DNA of 43,531 nt from an uncultured delta proteobacterium (GCA_963792965.1 CAWBYW010000037.1:1-43531), one strand, 5' to 3'. Shown: positions 19,633-29,769, counted from the first letter of the stretch. Notes: generated by a model not told the origin, from the letters alone. Numbers and translations: made by a program.

Positions 19633-20301
19633 ATGGCTGTCAAGCTTGTCACCATCAAAGAAGATATCCTCAAAGACAACAAGGAGATGAGCGCGCTCTT
19701 GAAGAAGCGGTTTGCCGCATCAAAAACGCTCGTCGTCAACCTCATGTCGTCGCCGGGGGCCGGCAAGACCTCCACGATCCTCAGGACGCTGGAAAAGCTC
19801 GGAAAAGACGTCAAGGCCGCCGTCGTCGAGGGGGACATCACCTCGACCGTCGACGCGGACAAGATGGACGCGCGCGGCATCCCCGTCGTCCAGATCAACA
19901 CCGGCGGCGCCTGCCATATCGATTCGGCGATGGTCGCCGAGGCAGTGGCCGACTTCGACACGACGGGGATGGACCTGATGATCGTGGAGAACGTCGGCAA
20001 CCTGGTGTGCCCCGCCGAGTTCGAGGTCGGCGAGGACCTCCGGGTCATGATCCTCTCGGTCCCCGAGGGTCACGACAAGCCCCAGAAGTACCCCCTCATG
20101 TTCATCGAGACGCAGGCCTGCATCCTCAACAAGATCGATCTCTTGCCCTATACCGATTTCGACATGGACGCGTTCACCAAAACGGTCTCGACCCTCAATC
20201 CGAAGAGCACCATCTTCCCGGTCTCGATGAAAACGGGAGAGGGCATCGACGCGTGGGCGGCGTGGCTCAAGGCCCGGATAGACGCGAAGAAGAAGAATTA
20301 A
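19633..20301 (+). CDS. hypB: Hydrogenase nickel incorporation GTPase HypB
   Basis: MSSPGAGKT, EGD, QINTGGACH, ENVGNLVCPA, PEGHDKPQKYP and NKIDL motifs. Confidence 0.96.
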   Translation: MAVKLVTIKEDILKDNKEMSALLKKRFAASKTLVVNLMSSPGAGKTSTILRTLEKLGKDVKAAVVEGDITSTVDADKMDARGIPVVQINTGGACHIDSAMVAEAVADFDTTGMDLMIVENVGNLVCPAEFEVGEDLRVMILSVPEGHDKPQKYPLMFIETQACILNKIDLLPYTDFDMDAFTKTVSTLNPKSTIFPVSMKTGEGIDAWAAWLKARIDAKKKN

Positions 20302-20381
20302 CCATCGGGCAGCGGCCGCCCGCCCGCGGGGCCGCGACCGGATTTCGATTGACCAACACGCCGAAAGGAAACAACCCACCC

Positions 20382-21864
20382 ATGGACGCTCATTCCCGCG
20401 CGCAGCTCGACCGGATTATCCATCCCCGGTCGCTGGCGGTTATCGGGGCCTCGGCCAGCCCCGGCAAATTCGGATGGCTTTATCTGAAGTCGCTCGTTCA
20501 GGTCGGATTTTCGGGGAACCTCTATCCTATCAACAAGGGGGTCGACTCGATCCTCGGCCACAAGGCCTATCCCACCCTGTCGTCCCTCCCGGAGATCCCG
20601 GACATGGTCGTCATCATGATCCCGGCGAGATTCGTCCCCGAGGCGCTCGAAGAGACGCTGGCGGTCGGGGCCCCGGGCGCGGTAGTAATTACCGCCGGGT
20701 TCGGGGAAGACGGCCGGGACGGGAAGGCGCTCGAGGAGCGCGTTCGGGAGATCGCCCGCCGGGGTATTCGCGTCATCGGTCCCAACTGCTTCGGGGTCTA
20801 TTCGCCTAAGGCAGGGGTCACGGTTCTGCCCGGTTCCGGATTTTCCCGGGAGTCGGGGCCGGTCGGCTTTTTCGCGCAGAGCGGCGGGCTCACGGCCGAC
20901 CTCGGCCAGATCGCCATCGGGAGAGGGGTGCGTTTCTCGGCCATGGTCAGCTACGGCAACGCGGTCGACGTCAACGAGCTGGACATGTTGGACTACTTCG
21001 CCCACGACGCCTCAACCTCGATTATCTCGGCCTACGTCGAGGGCGTCTCGGACGGCCCGCGTTTCCTGAAGATGCTCGAAGAAGTCACCCGGAAGAAGCC
21101 GGTGATCATCTGGAAGGGGGGAACGTCGGCCACCGGCGCCCGCATGGTCATGAGCCATACCGGGTCAATGGGCGGGCAGGCGGCGACCTGGGAGGCGGTC
21201 TTCAGACAGACGGGCGTCGTGCGGGTCAGCGGCCTGGTGGACCTGATCGATACCCTGGCTGGCGTTCTGTCACCTCTATCCGCGGGGGGGCAGGCGAATT
21301 GCGGTGATGGGTGGGGGAGGCGCGCTGGGCGTGGAGGCGTCCGACCTGGTGGATGGGCTCGGGCTGTCAATGCCGGCATTCGATAAGGGTGTCCAGGAGG
21401 AGATCGAAAAGCAACTGCCCGAGTTCGGCAAGAGCGCACGGAACCCGGTGGATACGGGAAACCCCCTCGTCGGGGCGGATCAGCTGGTCGAGATCATGCG
21501 GATCATCGCCCGAACGGGCCTCGTCGACGTGATCTTTGTCCTGCAGCTCCTCTTTCACTCCCAGCTGCTCATGCGGCGTGTGGCCGACCAGGCCGGCACG
21601 GAGCTTTCGGCCTTTGCGAGCTACCCGAAGCTTGCCGAGGGAGCGGGCGAGATAAGTGCGTCGGGGACCCCGGTGGTCGCGGTGCTGCCCCGGACTTCGA
21701 TCTCGACGAGCGACGAGGACCTCGAGCTTGAGGCGGAGCTCCGCCGGGCCGAGTCCGCCTTCCAGAAGGCCGGGTGTACGGTCTTCCCGACAATCGAGCG
21801 GGCCGTCAGATCATTGGCGAAAGTAGTCGCCTACCAGGAATACCAAAAGACGAAAAACTCATAG
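20382..21864 (+). CDS. Acyl-CoA synthetase (NDP-forming) alpha-subunit-like CoA-binding protein (copy 1), +1 frameshift near 21257
   Basis: HPRSLAVIGAS, GPNCFG, QSGG, SYGNAVD and phospho-His motif SHTGS; the C-terminal half (NPVD) is in ORF 21304..21864; no ATP-grasp domain. Confidence 0.87.
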
Positions 21865-21921
21865 CATACCGGAAACATCCCCAGCCTTGGTTTCCCCGAG
21901 CCGGTAGGGACGTTACGCACG

Positions 21922-23449
21922 ATGAAGAACGATGAATACGAGATACTGGACCGGATCGTCCATCCCCAATCCGTGGCGCTGGTCGGGGCGTCCCACAACC
22001 CGGGGAAATTCGGCTGGCTCTACCTCAAAGTCCTCAAGGACATCGGCTTTTCGGGGAGGCTCTACCCGATCAACGACCACGTCGACGAGATCATCGGCTT
22101 TAAGACCTACCCGTCGCTCTCAAACCTGCCGGAGGTGCCGGACCTCATGGTCGTCACGGTGCCGGCGCGGTTCGTGGTCGACTACCTCGAACAAGCCCTT
22201 TCGCTGGGCGTCCCCGGCGCGGTGGTGATGTCCTCCGGGTTCGCGGAGCTGGACGATGAGGGAAGGGCGATGCAACAGCACATCGCCGAGATCGCGGCCC
22301 GGGGCATGCGGATCATCGGCCCCAACTGCTTCGGCATCTATTCGCCGAAGGCCGGCATCTCGCTGATCCCCGGCGCGGGGTTCTCGCGGGAGTCGGGGCC
22401 GGTCGGATTTTTCGCCCAGAGCGGCGGGATGACCGCCGACCTCGGCCAGATGGCGATGAGCCGGGGCATCAGGTTCTCGGCGATGATCAGCTACGGCAAC
22501 GCCGTGGACGTGGACGAGATCACGCTCCTCGACTATTTCGCGTCCGACCCCACTACCCGCTTCATCGCCTCCTATATCGAGGGGGTCAAGGACGGGAGGC
22601 GCTTCTTCGAGCACGTCAATGATGTGGCAAAGAAAAAGCCCGTCGTCATCTGGAAAGCGGGGATGACCGAGGCCGGGCACCGGGCGGCGCAGAGCCACAC
22701 CGGCTCGATGGGGGGAAGCCGCGCGATATGGGAGAGCTTCTTCTCCCAGACGGGGGTGATCCCCGTCAGGGGGCTTGAGGAGATGCTGGACGTCTTGATG
22801 ATGCTCTCCTACGTTTACCCCCGCGGGGGGAGGAACATCGCCATAGTTGGAGGAGGCGGGGGACTTGCGGTGGAGGCCTCCGACCTTGCCGAGCTCTCGG
22901 GGCTCGGCCTGCCCCAGTTTCCAACAGATGTCGCCCAGCAGATCGCAGCGCTCCTCCAGGGAGCGGGGTCGGCCCCGACTAATCCGGTCGACGCGGGAAA
23001 CCCGGTCGTGCATCCGAGCGTCCTGGTCAAGATCATGAAGATGGCGGCGGCGCTGCCCCGAGATAGACACACTGATCGTGGTGCAGTTTCTCTTTCATAT
23101 CTACGTCCTCTTTCGGCGGATGTCTGACAGAAAAGACATCCCGCTCTCGACCTTTGCCACCTATCCGGCGCTGGCCGAGGGGATCAGGGAGCTCTGCAAC
23201 GAGTTCGGGAAGCCCGTCATCGGGGTTTTCCCCGAGACGGCGACCTCGGAGTCTCCCGAGGAGGTAGAGCTCGAGCTTGAGTGGCGAAAAGCACGCCATG
23301 CCCTGTTGAACGCGGGCGCGCCGGTCTATCCATCGATGGAGCGGGCCCTTGCGGCACTTTCCAAGATGGCGCGCTACCTTGAATACCTCAAGTCCCATGG
23401 GATTGTGCCTGAGCCGATCGGCGACCGGTGCGTGGTGCCGCAACACTGA
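21922..23449 (+). CDS. Acyl-CoA synthetase (NDP-forming) alpha-subunit-like CoA-binding protein (copy 2), +1 frameshift near 23056-23059
   Basis: Paralog of the preceding gene with the same motifs (GPNCFG, SHTGS, NPVD); removing one C from CCCC joins it to ORF 23078..23449. Confidence 0.87.
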
Positions 23450-23451
23450 GG

Positions 23452-23710
23452 TCACCCCAAAAATGCAAGCATTTTTGGGGGCCCCGGCATCACCCCAGAA
23501 AAGCTTCGCTTTTCCGGGGGCCCCGATGGAAGGGAAGAGAAGAAAGAGAGCAAGAGCGTGTTTTAACCCGTAGGGCGGCATACATGCCGCCCGGGTTTTC
23601 ACCAAGAAATCTTCGATTTTTTGGGGGCCGCGATGGGAGAGGCAAGAGCGAGGAGAGAGAAGACGATGGGGACGAGTTTGAATCCGTAGGGGCGGCGTTT
23701 ATTCCGCCCG
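23452..23710 (+). repeat. Composite intergenic repeat copies 3 and 4 (tandem)
   Basis: Hairpins at 23452-23485 and 23490-23524, purine tract, REP 23570-23593; then degenerate hairpin 23599-23631, purine tract, REP 23686-23710. Confidence 0.85.
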
Positions 23711-23738
23711 TAAGCGGCTGAATCATAGGACTTCATCG

Positions 23739-24059
23739 ATGAGGGAGAGGGAGCCCAAGGAGAGAAACGCCACCATCCGCAAGGAGATCATCGAGCTGAT
23801 GAAGCTCGGGCCCGTGACGCCGTTTGATATCTCGGGCGTGCTGAGGATCTCGGAGCGTGAGGCGACCGCACACCTCGAACATGCCCTTGCCTCGGCCTCA
23901 AATCAATATAAGATCGAGGTGAGCCCGGCCCGGTGCAAGGCGTGCGGCTTCGTCTTCCGCGACCGAAAGAAGGTTGCGCGTCCCTCCCGCTGCCCGCAGT
24001 GCAGGGCGGGCCGGGTCGAGGCGGCGACCTATCACATCAGGGGAGATAATCGAAAATAG
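23739..24059 (+). CDS. HTH plus zinc-ribbon predicted transcriptional regulator (COG3357-like)
   Basis: TIRKEIIELM...HLEH HTH region; PARCKACGFVF...PSRCPQC. Confidence 0.85.
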   Translation: MREREPKERNATIRKEIIELMKLGPVTPFDISGVLRISEREATAHLEHALASASNQYKIEVSPARCKACGFVFRDRKKVARPSRCPQCRAGRVEAATYHIRGDNRK

Positions 24060-24294
24060 TCCGAAAACTCCAACCCGTCAAGTAATCTGTCTCTGCCAGG
24101 AGTGGCAGCATCAACCGCACAGGGTTCCTCGACAAAAATCCTCCCTTTTCCTAATTTACTTGAAAATCGTCTTTTTTTGTGGTATTTCATCTTTTTTGGC
24201 CTGGGTGATACGTGCGCTCGGCATCCGTGCCCCCGACGGCCGTCATGAACAAACAAAAGAGCTGAAAACAGTCTGAATAGAGAAGAGGTATCCC

Positions 24295-25026
24295 ATGAAA
24301 GGCGTCATTCTCGCGGGTGGACTCGGTACCCGGCTCTTTCCTCTGACCAGGGTCACCAACAAGCACCTGCTTCCGATCTACAACAAACCCATGATCTTCT
24401 ACCCGATCCAGGCCCTCGTCAACGCGGGGATAGAGGATATCCTGGTGGTGACCGGCGGCAACAGCGCGGGCGACTTCCTGAAGCTCTTGCGCAACGGGGC
24501 CGACTTTGGGTTGAAGCGCGTCAACTACGCCTACCAGGAGGGGGAGGGGGGCATCGCCGACGCGCTGGCGCTGGCCCAGCACTTCGCAGAAGGAGAGAAG
24601 ATCTGCGTCATCCTTGGGGATAACATCATCGAGAAGAACATCACCGCCCACGTGAAGGAGTTCGAAAAACAGAAGGAGGGCGCCCGGATCCTGCTCAAGA
24701 GGGTGCCTGACCCGCAGCGCTTCGGGGTGCCGGTCTTTGAGGGCGACAAGATAATCAGGATCGACGAGAAGCCGAGTAACCCGGCGTCCGACTTCGCGGT
24801 GATCGGCATCTATATGTACGACACGAAGGTCTTCGACATCATATCGGGGCTGTCTCCGTCCGATCGGGGCGAGCTTGAGATCACCGACGTAAATAACCGA
24901 TACATAGGGTGGGGCAACCTCCGCTGGGGCGAGATCACCGGCTGGTGGACCGACGCCGGGACTTTCGATTCGCTTCTGGCGGCAAGCGCCCTGGTGGCCA
25001 AGACCGGCGCAAACAATGACAATTGA
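24295..25026 (+). CDS. rmlA: Glucose-1-phosphate thymidylyltransferase (short form)
   Basis: GVILAGGLGTRLFPLT, KHLLPIYNKPMI, LGDN, EKP, RGELEITD, WWTDAGT. Confidence 0.92.
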   Translation: MKGVILAGGLGTRLFPLTRVTNKHLLPIYNKPMIFYPIQALVNAGIEDILVVTGGNSAGDFLKLLRNGADFGLKRVNYAYQEGEGGIADALALAQHFAEGEKICVILGDNIIEKNITAHVKEFEKQKEGARILLKRVPDPQRFGVPVFEGDKIIRIDEKPSNPASDFAVIGIYMYDTKVFDIISGLSPSDRGELEITDVNNRYIGWGNLRWGEITGWWTDAGTFDSLLAASALVAKTGANNDN

Positions 25027-25036
25027 GGGGTAGCCG

Positions 25037-25492
25037 ATGATCGATGGGGTGACAATCAAGGAGCTGCGCGCCATCCCCGACGAGCGGGGAAGGCTCATGG
25101 AGATCCTGCGCTCCGACGACAAGGGATTCATCAAGTTCGGGCAGGTCTACATGACCACCGCATACCCGGGCGTCGTCAAGGGGTGGCACTACCATAAGAT
25201 CCAGACCGACAACATGGCGGTAATCCTCGGGATGATGAAACTGGTCCTGTTCGACGACCGTGAAGCGAGCCCCAGCCGGGGAGAGGTCACGGAGATCTTC
25301 TTCGGGGAGCATCGCCCTCTCCTGGTCACGATCCCTCCGCTGGTCTACCATGGGTTCAAATGCATCTCCGAGAAGGAGGCACTGGTCATCAACGTCCCCA
25401 CAGAGGTCTATAACCGCGCCAACCCCGACGAGTATCGTGTCGCCCCGCACGACAATAAGATCCCCTACTCGTGGGAGCGCAAAGACGGATAG
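25037..25492 (+). CDS. rmlC: dTDP-4-dehydrorhamnose 3,5-epimerase family
   Basis: DERGRLME, GVVKGWHYH, PPLVYHGF cupin motifs; position in the rml cluster. Confidence 0.88.
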   Translation: MIDGVTIKELRAIPDERGRLMEILRSDDKGFIKFGQVYMTTAYPGVVKGWHYHKIQTDNMAVILGMMKLVLFDDREASPSRGEVTEIFFGEHRPLLVTIPPLVYHGFKCISEKEALVINVPTEVYNRANPDEYRVAPHDNKIPYSWERKDG

Positions 25493-25613
25493 AAACCCAA
25501 GGAGGACCCGTTAAGGTGGGGGAGCGCGCCGTCGCCGGCAAGACAGTATCCCTTTTTCGTAATATCCGGGCTTAAACGCCCGGAACGGTTCAGGGTGACA
25601 TGAGGTTTTCTCG

Positions 25614-26621
25614 ATGAAGCTACTGGTTACCGGAGGGGCCGGATTTATCGGCTCCAATTTCATCCTCTATCTCCTCAACAAGGACACGGGCTACCACGTC
25701 GTAAACCTTGACGCGCTGACCTACGCGGGAAATCTCGAAAATCTCGCCGCGGTCGAAAAGGACCCCCGCTACACGTTTATCAGGGGCGACATCGCCGACG
25801 GAAAATCCGTCCGCGAGGCTATGAGGGGCGTCGACGGGGTGGTCAACTTCGCCGCGGAGACCCACGTGGACCGCTCGATCATGGATCCCGACGCGTTTAT
25901 AAAGACCAACGTCCTGGGCACAAACGTCTTGCTGAACACCGCCCGGGAGCTCAAGGTCGGCAGGTTTATCCAGATATCGACCGATGAGGTCTACGGGTCG
26001 CTGGGTCCCACGGGCCTCTTCTCCGAGGATTCACCGCTGAAGCCCACGAGCCCCTATTCGGCCAGTAAGACCGCGGCCGATCTGCTGGCGCTGGCCTACC
26101 ACAAGACGTACGGGATGGGCGTTTCGGTCACCCGCTGCTCCAATAACTACGGTCCCTACCAGTTCCCGGAAAAGCTGATTCCCTTGTTCGTTACCAACGC
26201 CATGGAGAATAAACCGTTGCCCATCTACGGTGACGGCAGGAACATCCGGGACTGGATCTTCGTCACGGATCACTCGCGCGCCGTTGAGACGGTGCTCTTG
26301 AAGGGGAAGGCGGGGGAGGTCTATAACGTCGGGGGAAACAACGAGCGGACGAACCTCGAAATCACCGATTGTATCCTCAAGACGCTCAAAAAGCCCGAGT
26401 CGCTCAAGAGGTACGTTACCGACCGCCCGGGCCACGATCGACGCTACGCCATCGACTCCTCCAAGATCCAGCGCGAGCTCGGCTGGTCTCCGCTCTACGG
26501 TTTTGAGCGTGCGATGGAGGAGACGATTTCGTGGTACGGGGACAACCGTCCGTGGTGGGAGGCGATCAAGAGCGGATCGTATCAGGAATATTACCAACGA
26601 CACTATGGCAAGCTGGAGTAG
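25614..26621 (+). CDS. rmlB: dTDP-glucose 4,6-dehydratase
   Basis: TGGAGFIG, DALTYAG, AAETHVDRS, STDEVYG, YSASK, DRPGHDRRYA. Confidence 0.96.
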   Translation: MKLLVTGGAGFIGSNFILYLLNKDTGYHVVNLDALTYAGNLENLAAVEKDPRYTFIRGDIADGKSVREAMRGVDGVVNFAAETHVDRSIMDPDAFIKTNVLGTNVLLNTARELKVGRFIQISTDEVYGSLGPTGLFSEDSPLKPTSPYSASKTAADLLALAYHKTYGMGVSVTRCSNNYGPYQFPEKLIPLFVTNAMENKPLPIYGDGRNIRDWIFVTDHSRAVETVLLKGKAGEVYNVGGNNERTNLEITDCILKTLKKPESLKRYVTDRPGHDRRYAIDSSKIQRELGWSPLYGFERAMEETISWYGDNRPWWEAIKSGSYQEYYQRHYGKLE

Positions 26622-26627
26622 ACGCCG

Positions 26628-27479
26628 GTGAATATTATCGTCCTCGGCGCCCGGGGGATGCTCGGGAGCGACCTCGTCCACGTCCTCGAAGCCCGACCCC
26701 AGCCCCACCGCGTGACGGCGTGGGATATTCAGGATATCGACATCACCGACAGAAGGGCGCTGAGCGAGAAATTCCACGCAACGCCCGCCGATATCGTGAT
26801 CAACTGCGCGGCATACACGGCCGTGGACCTGGCCGAGAAAGACCGGGATAAGGCCTTTATCATCAATGCCCTCGGGGCACGACACGTGGCCGCGTGCGCC
26901 GCACAGATCGGCGCGCGAAGCGTCCTCATCTCCACCGACTATGTCTTCGACGGCACCAAGGCCGCTCCCTATCGGGAGGACGACCGGACGGGACCGATCA
27001 ACCACTACGGCCACACGAAGCTCATGAGCGAGCGCTTTGCCGCCGACGCCGACCCGGACTGTCTTGTCGTCCGTGCCGAGTGGCTCTACGGTACCGGCGG
27101 AAAAAATTTCGTCGAGAAGATGCTCGAGCTTTCACGGGAGCGTTCGAAACTGTCCGTCGTCGATGATCAGCACGGCAGCCCCACGTACACGCGCGACCTC
27201 GCGCTTGCGATCACGATACTGGTCGAGGGTCGGCACACGGGGACCTATCACGTGAGTAACTCCGGCGACACCACCTGGTATGGATTTGCACAGAAGATCT
27301 TTGAGCTAACGGGAAAGACAATTGAGCTCATGCCGATCAGATCGGAAGAATTCAAGGCGGCGGCGCGGCGGCCGAAGAATTCAGTCTTCGACATGGGAAA
27401 ACTCATCGCGGACACCGATTACCGTCCGCGTCCGTGGGAGGAAGCGATCGAGGAATACCTTTCAAAAAGAAATCCTTAG
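26628..27479 (+). CDS. rmlD: dTDP-4-dehydrorhamnose reductase
   Basis: GARGMLG, NCAAYTAVD, STDYVFDG, YGHTK, DQHGSPT. Confidence 0.95.
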   Translation: MNIIVLGARGMLGSDLVHVLEARPQPHRVTAWDIQDIDITDRRALSEKFHATPADIVINCAAYTAVDLAEKDRDKAFIINALGARHVAACAAQIGARSVLISTDYVFDGTKAAPYREDDRTGPINHYGHTKLMSERFAADADPDCLVVRAEWLYGTGGKNFVEKMLELSRERSKLSVVDDQHGSPTYTRDLALAITILVEGRHTGTYHVSNSGDTTWYGFAQKIFELTGKTIELMPIRSEEFKAAARRPKNSVFDMGKLIADTDYRPRPWEEAIEEYLSKRNP

Positions 27480-27616
27480 ACAAACAGTAAAAACAGGTCT
27501 ATAATCTCACCATACCACCGGCAAGCGATGCTGTGCCGGTGCTCTTGTATCACAGACGGGGCGGTGGTCCGGCTCGGCTGATGATGTCTATACCAACGCG
27601 TGGAGAAAGAAATCCC

Positions 27617-28285
27617 GTGAAAAAAGAGATGCACGAAAAGGTCAGGCGCAGCGGCAGCCGCGAATATATCGAGGCGATCGTCTTTGCCCTGATCGTCGCC
27701 TTGTGCGTGATGACGTTTGTGGTCCAGTCTTTCGAGATCCCGTCGGGGTCCATGATTCCCACCCTGCTGTTGGGGGATCGGGTGCTGGTCAATAAATTCA
27801 TTTTCGGCACGAGGATTCCCCTTTCCGATGTCAAAATATGTGCGCTCAGGGAGCCGAGACGGGGAGAGATCGTGGTCTTTGAGCCCCCGGAGGGCTTTGA
27901 ATCGCCCCTCGGGCGAAACATCCACCTCATCAAGAGGGTCATCGGCATTCCCGGCGATACAATCCAGATTGTCAACAAAAAACTCTTCGTCAACGGGAAA
28001 GAGTTTGTGGTAAAGAACGCCCACTGGGACGATCCCGGCATCATCGATCGTGGGGTCTCGGTGCGGGACAACTTCGGCCCGATCACCGTTCCCCCTCATT
28101 CCTATTTCATGATGGGGGATAACCGGGATAACAGCTACGATTCCCGGTTCTGGGGATTCGTTCCCGAACCGGAGATCACGGGCAAGATGATCGTAATCTA
28201 CTGGTCCTGGGACATCACAACCACCAATCTGCTGGAGCGAATCAAGGCCATCCGATGGGGACGGATCGGGATGGTCGCACCGTAA
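27617..28285 (+). CDS. lepB: Signal peptidase I (paralog 1)
   Basis: PSGSMIPTL (catalytic Ser), LIKRVIG (catalytic Lys), MGDNRDNSYDSRFWG; GTG start at 27617 after GGAGA. Confidence 0.92.
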   Translation: MKKEMHEKVRRSGSREYIEAIVFALIVALCVMTFVVQSFEIPSGSMIPTLLLGDRVLVNKFIFGTRIPLSDVKICALREPRRGEIVVFEPPEGFESPLGRNIHLIKRVIGIPGDTIQIVNKKLFVNGKEFVVKNAHWDDPGIIDRGVSVRDNFGPITVPPHSYFMMGDNRDNSYDSRFWGFVPEPEITGKMIVIYWSWDITTTNLLERIKAIRWGRIGMVAP

Positions 28286-28342
28286 GGGCAGCTGCTTGTG
28301 TACCCCCGGTGATTGCCCAGCACAGAAGTCGGAGAGAGGATA

Positions 28343-28999
28343 ATGGAAAAAGAGACACGACACGCCGCGCGTCGCAGCACGACCAGGGAATATATCGAGG
28401 CGATCGTCTTTGCGCTGGTGCTGGCCCTCATCATCAAGACCTTTTTCATCCAGGCCTTCAAGATACCCTCGGGCTCGATGATCCCGACGTTACTCAGGGG
28501 CGACCAGATCCTCGTCAATAAATTCATCTACGGCACGCGGGTCCCGCTTTCCGACGTAAAGTTCCTCGAGCTCAGGGAGCCGCGGCGGGGGGACCTCGTC
28601 GTCTTCGAGTACCCCGAAGACCGCCGCATCCACTACATCAAGCGGCTCATCGGGGTTCCGGGCGATACTATCGAGATCGTCAATAAGGTCGTCTTTGTTA
28701 ACGGCGTAAAGTACGTGGTGAAGGACGCCCAGTTCGAGGACCCGGAGATGCTCCCCTCGAGCGTGTCGGTCCGGGATAATTTCGGGCCGGTCGTCGTTCC
28801 CCCCCACTCGTACTTCATGATGGGCGATAACCGGGATAACAGCAGGGACTCGCGCTTCTGGGGATTTGTGGACAGCTCGGAGATGGTGGGGAACGCCGTG
28901 GTGATCTACTGGTCGTGGGACATCGAGTCAGGGGGGCTGATCCAGCGGATCGGGAACATCCGGTGGGACAGGCTCGGGATGATCCTCCTGCATAAATAA
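28343..28999 (+). CDS. lepB: Signal peptidase I (paralog 2)
   Basis: PSGSMIPTL, YIKRLIG, MGDNRDNSRDSRFWG. Confidence 0.94.
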   Translation: MEKETRHAARRSTTREYIEAIVFALVLALIIKTFFIQAFKIPSGSMIPTLLRGDQILVNKFIYGTRVPLSDVKFLELREPRRGDLVVFEYPEDRRIHYIKRLIGVPGDTIEIVNKVVFVNGVKYVVKDAQFEDPEMLPSSVSVRDNFGPVVVPPHSYFMMGDNRDNSRDSRFWGFVDSSEMVGNAVVIYWSWDIESGGLIQRIGNIRWDRLGMILLHK

Positions 29000-29006
29000 G
29001 GCGTCG

Positions 29007-29555
29007 ATGAAACGGGATACCCCCTTCGTCGTTTTGCTATCGGTTCTTGCCTTTCTTTTTCTTGCCTACGTCTGGCTCTTCGACAACGTAAAGATGGAAT
29101 CGACCGCGATGGAGCCGCACATCCACGCTGGCGACTACCTGCTGGTGTGGCGCGCCGCCTACGCGATCAGGGCGCCCCTTGTGGGGGATATCGCGAGAAC
29201 GGGAGCGCCCGCGCGGGGCGACGTGGTGCTGGTGGAGAAAGACTCGGGTGACTCCGAGTATGGACGGGTCACCGCGGTGCTCAGGGTGGTGGGCCTGCCG
29301 GGGGAGGTCGTCGCGATCACGGATAAGAAAGTATCCATCGACGGACTGCCGCTCACGGAGAAGTACGCGACCTTTTCCGACGCGCGGGTCTATCCCGAGG
29401 GGCTCTCCGCCCGGGACAACATGGCGGCGGTCGTCGTCCCCGACGACGGTTATTTCGTGATGGGAGACCGGCGGGATATTTCCACGGACAGCAGATTTTT
29501 CGGGACGGTGAAAAGAGACGAGATCATCGGGAAGGTGGTGTGGGTCTATTGGTAG
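29007..29555 (+). CDS. Signal peptidase I-like protein lacking the catalytic Ser/Lys dyad
   Basis: Aligns with the neighbours (GD.LLV, RGDVV, RVVGLPGE, MGDRRDISTDSRFFG), but SGSM is replaced by STAM and IKR by VLR. Confidence 0.82.
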   Translation: MKRDTPFVVLLSVLAFLFLAYVWLFDNVKMESTAMEPHIHAGDYLLVWRAAYAIRAPLVGDIARTGAPARGDVVLVEKDSGDSEYGRVTAVLRVVGLPGEVVAITDKKVSIDGLPLTEKYATFSDARVYPEGLSARDNMAAVVVPDDGYFVMGDRRDISTDSRFFGTVKRDEIIGKVVWVYW

Positions 29556-29656
29556 GGGAGGGGACGTAGATGACGCACGAAATCGGCTTCCCTCTCCCTC
29601 TCTTTCATCGGTACCCCCGGTTAGTACCCGTCATTGCGAGCGTGTCCCTCTTCATC

Positions 29657-29684
29657 GGGGCCCCCACGAAGCATGCTTCGGTGA
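29657..29684 (-). repeat. Degenerate copy of the TCACCCC-hairpin-GGGGGCCCC unit
   Basis: ggggcccccacgaagcatgcttcggtga, preceded by a pyrimidine tract (purine tract on the minus strand). Confidence 0.6.
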
Positions 29685-29712
29685 GGCTACCTGCCCGTAG
29701 ACGCAGGGTTGT

Positions 29713-29769
29713 TATACGGTAAATTAAGTTTGTAGAGTTTAGAACTTAGTAAACTTAATTTGGCGTATA
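29713..29769. repeat. 57-bp imperfect palindrome, left att-like site
   Basis: TATACG-GT-AAATTAAGTTT-GTAG-AGTT-tag-AACT-TAGT-AAACTTAATTT-GG-CGTATA. Confidence 0.85.

Noticed and set aside
19572-21386. 604-aa ORF overlapping hypB
   Set aside because: The N-terminal ~270 aa is an off-frame read of hypB; the real gene starts at ATG 20382.
24060-24294. Leader of the rml cluster as a possible JUMPStart/ops element
   Set aside because: No GGCGGTAG ops motif is visible.
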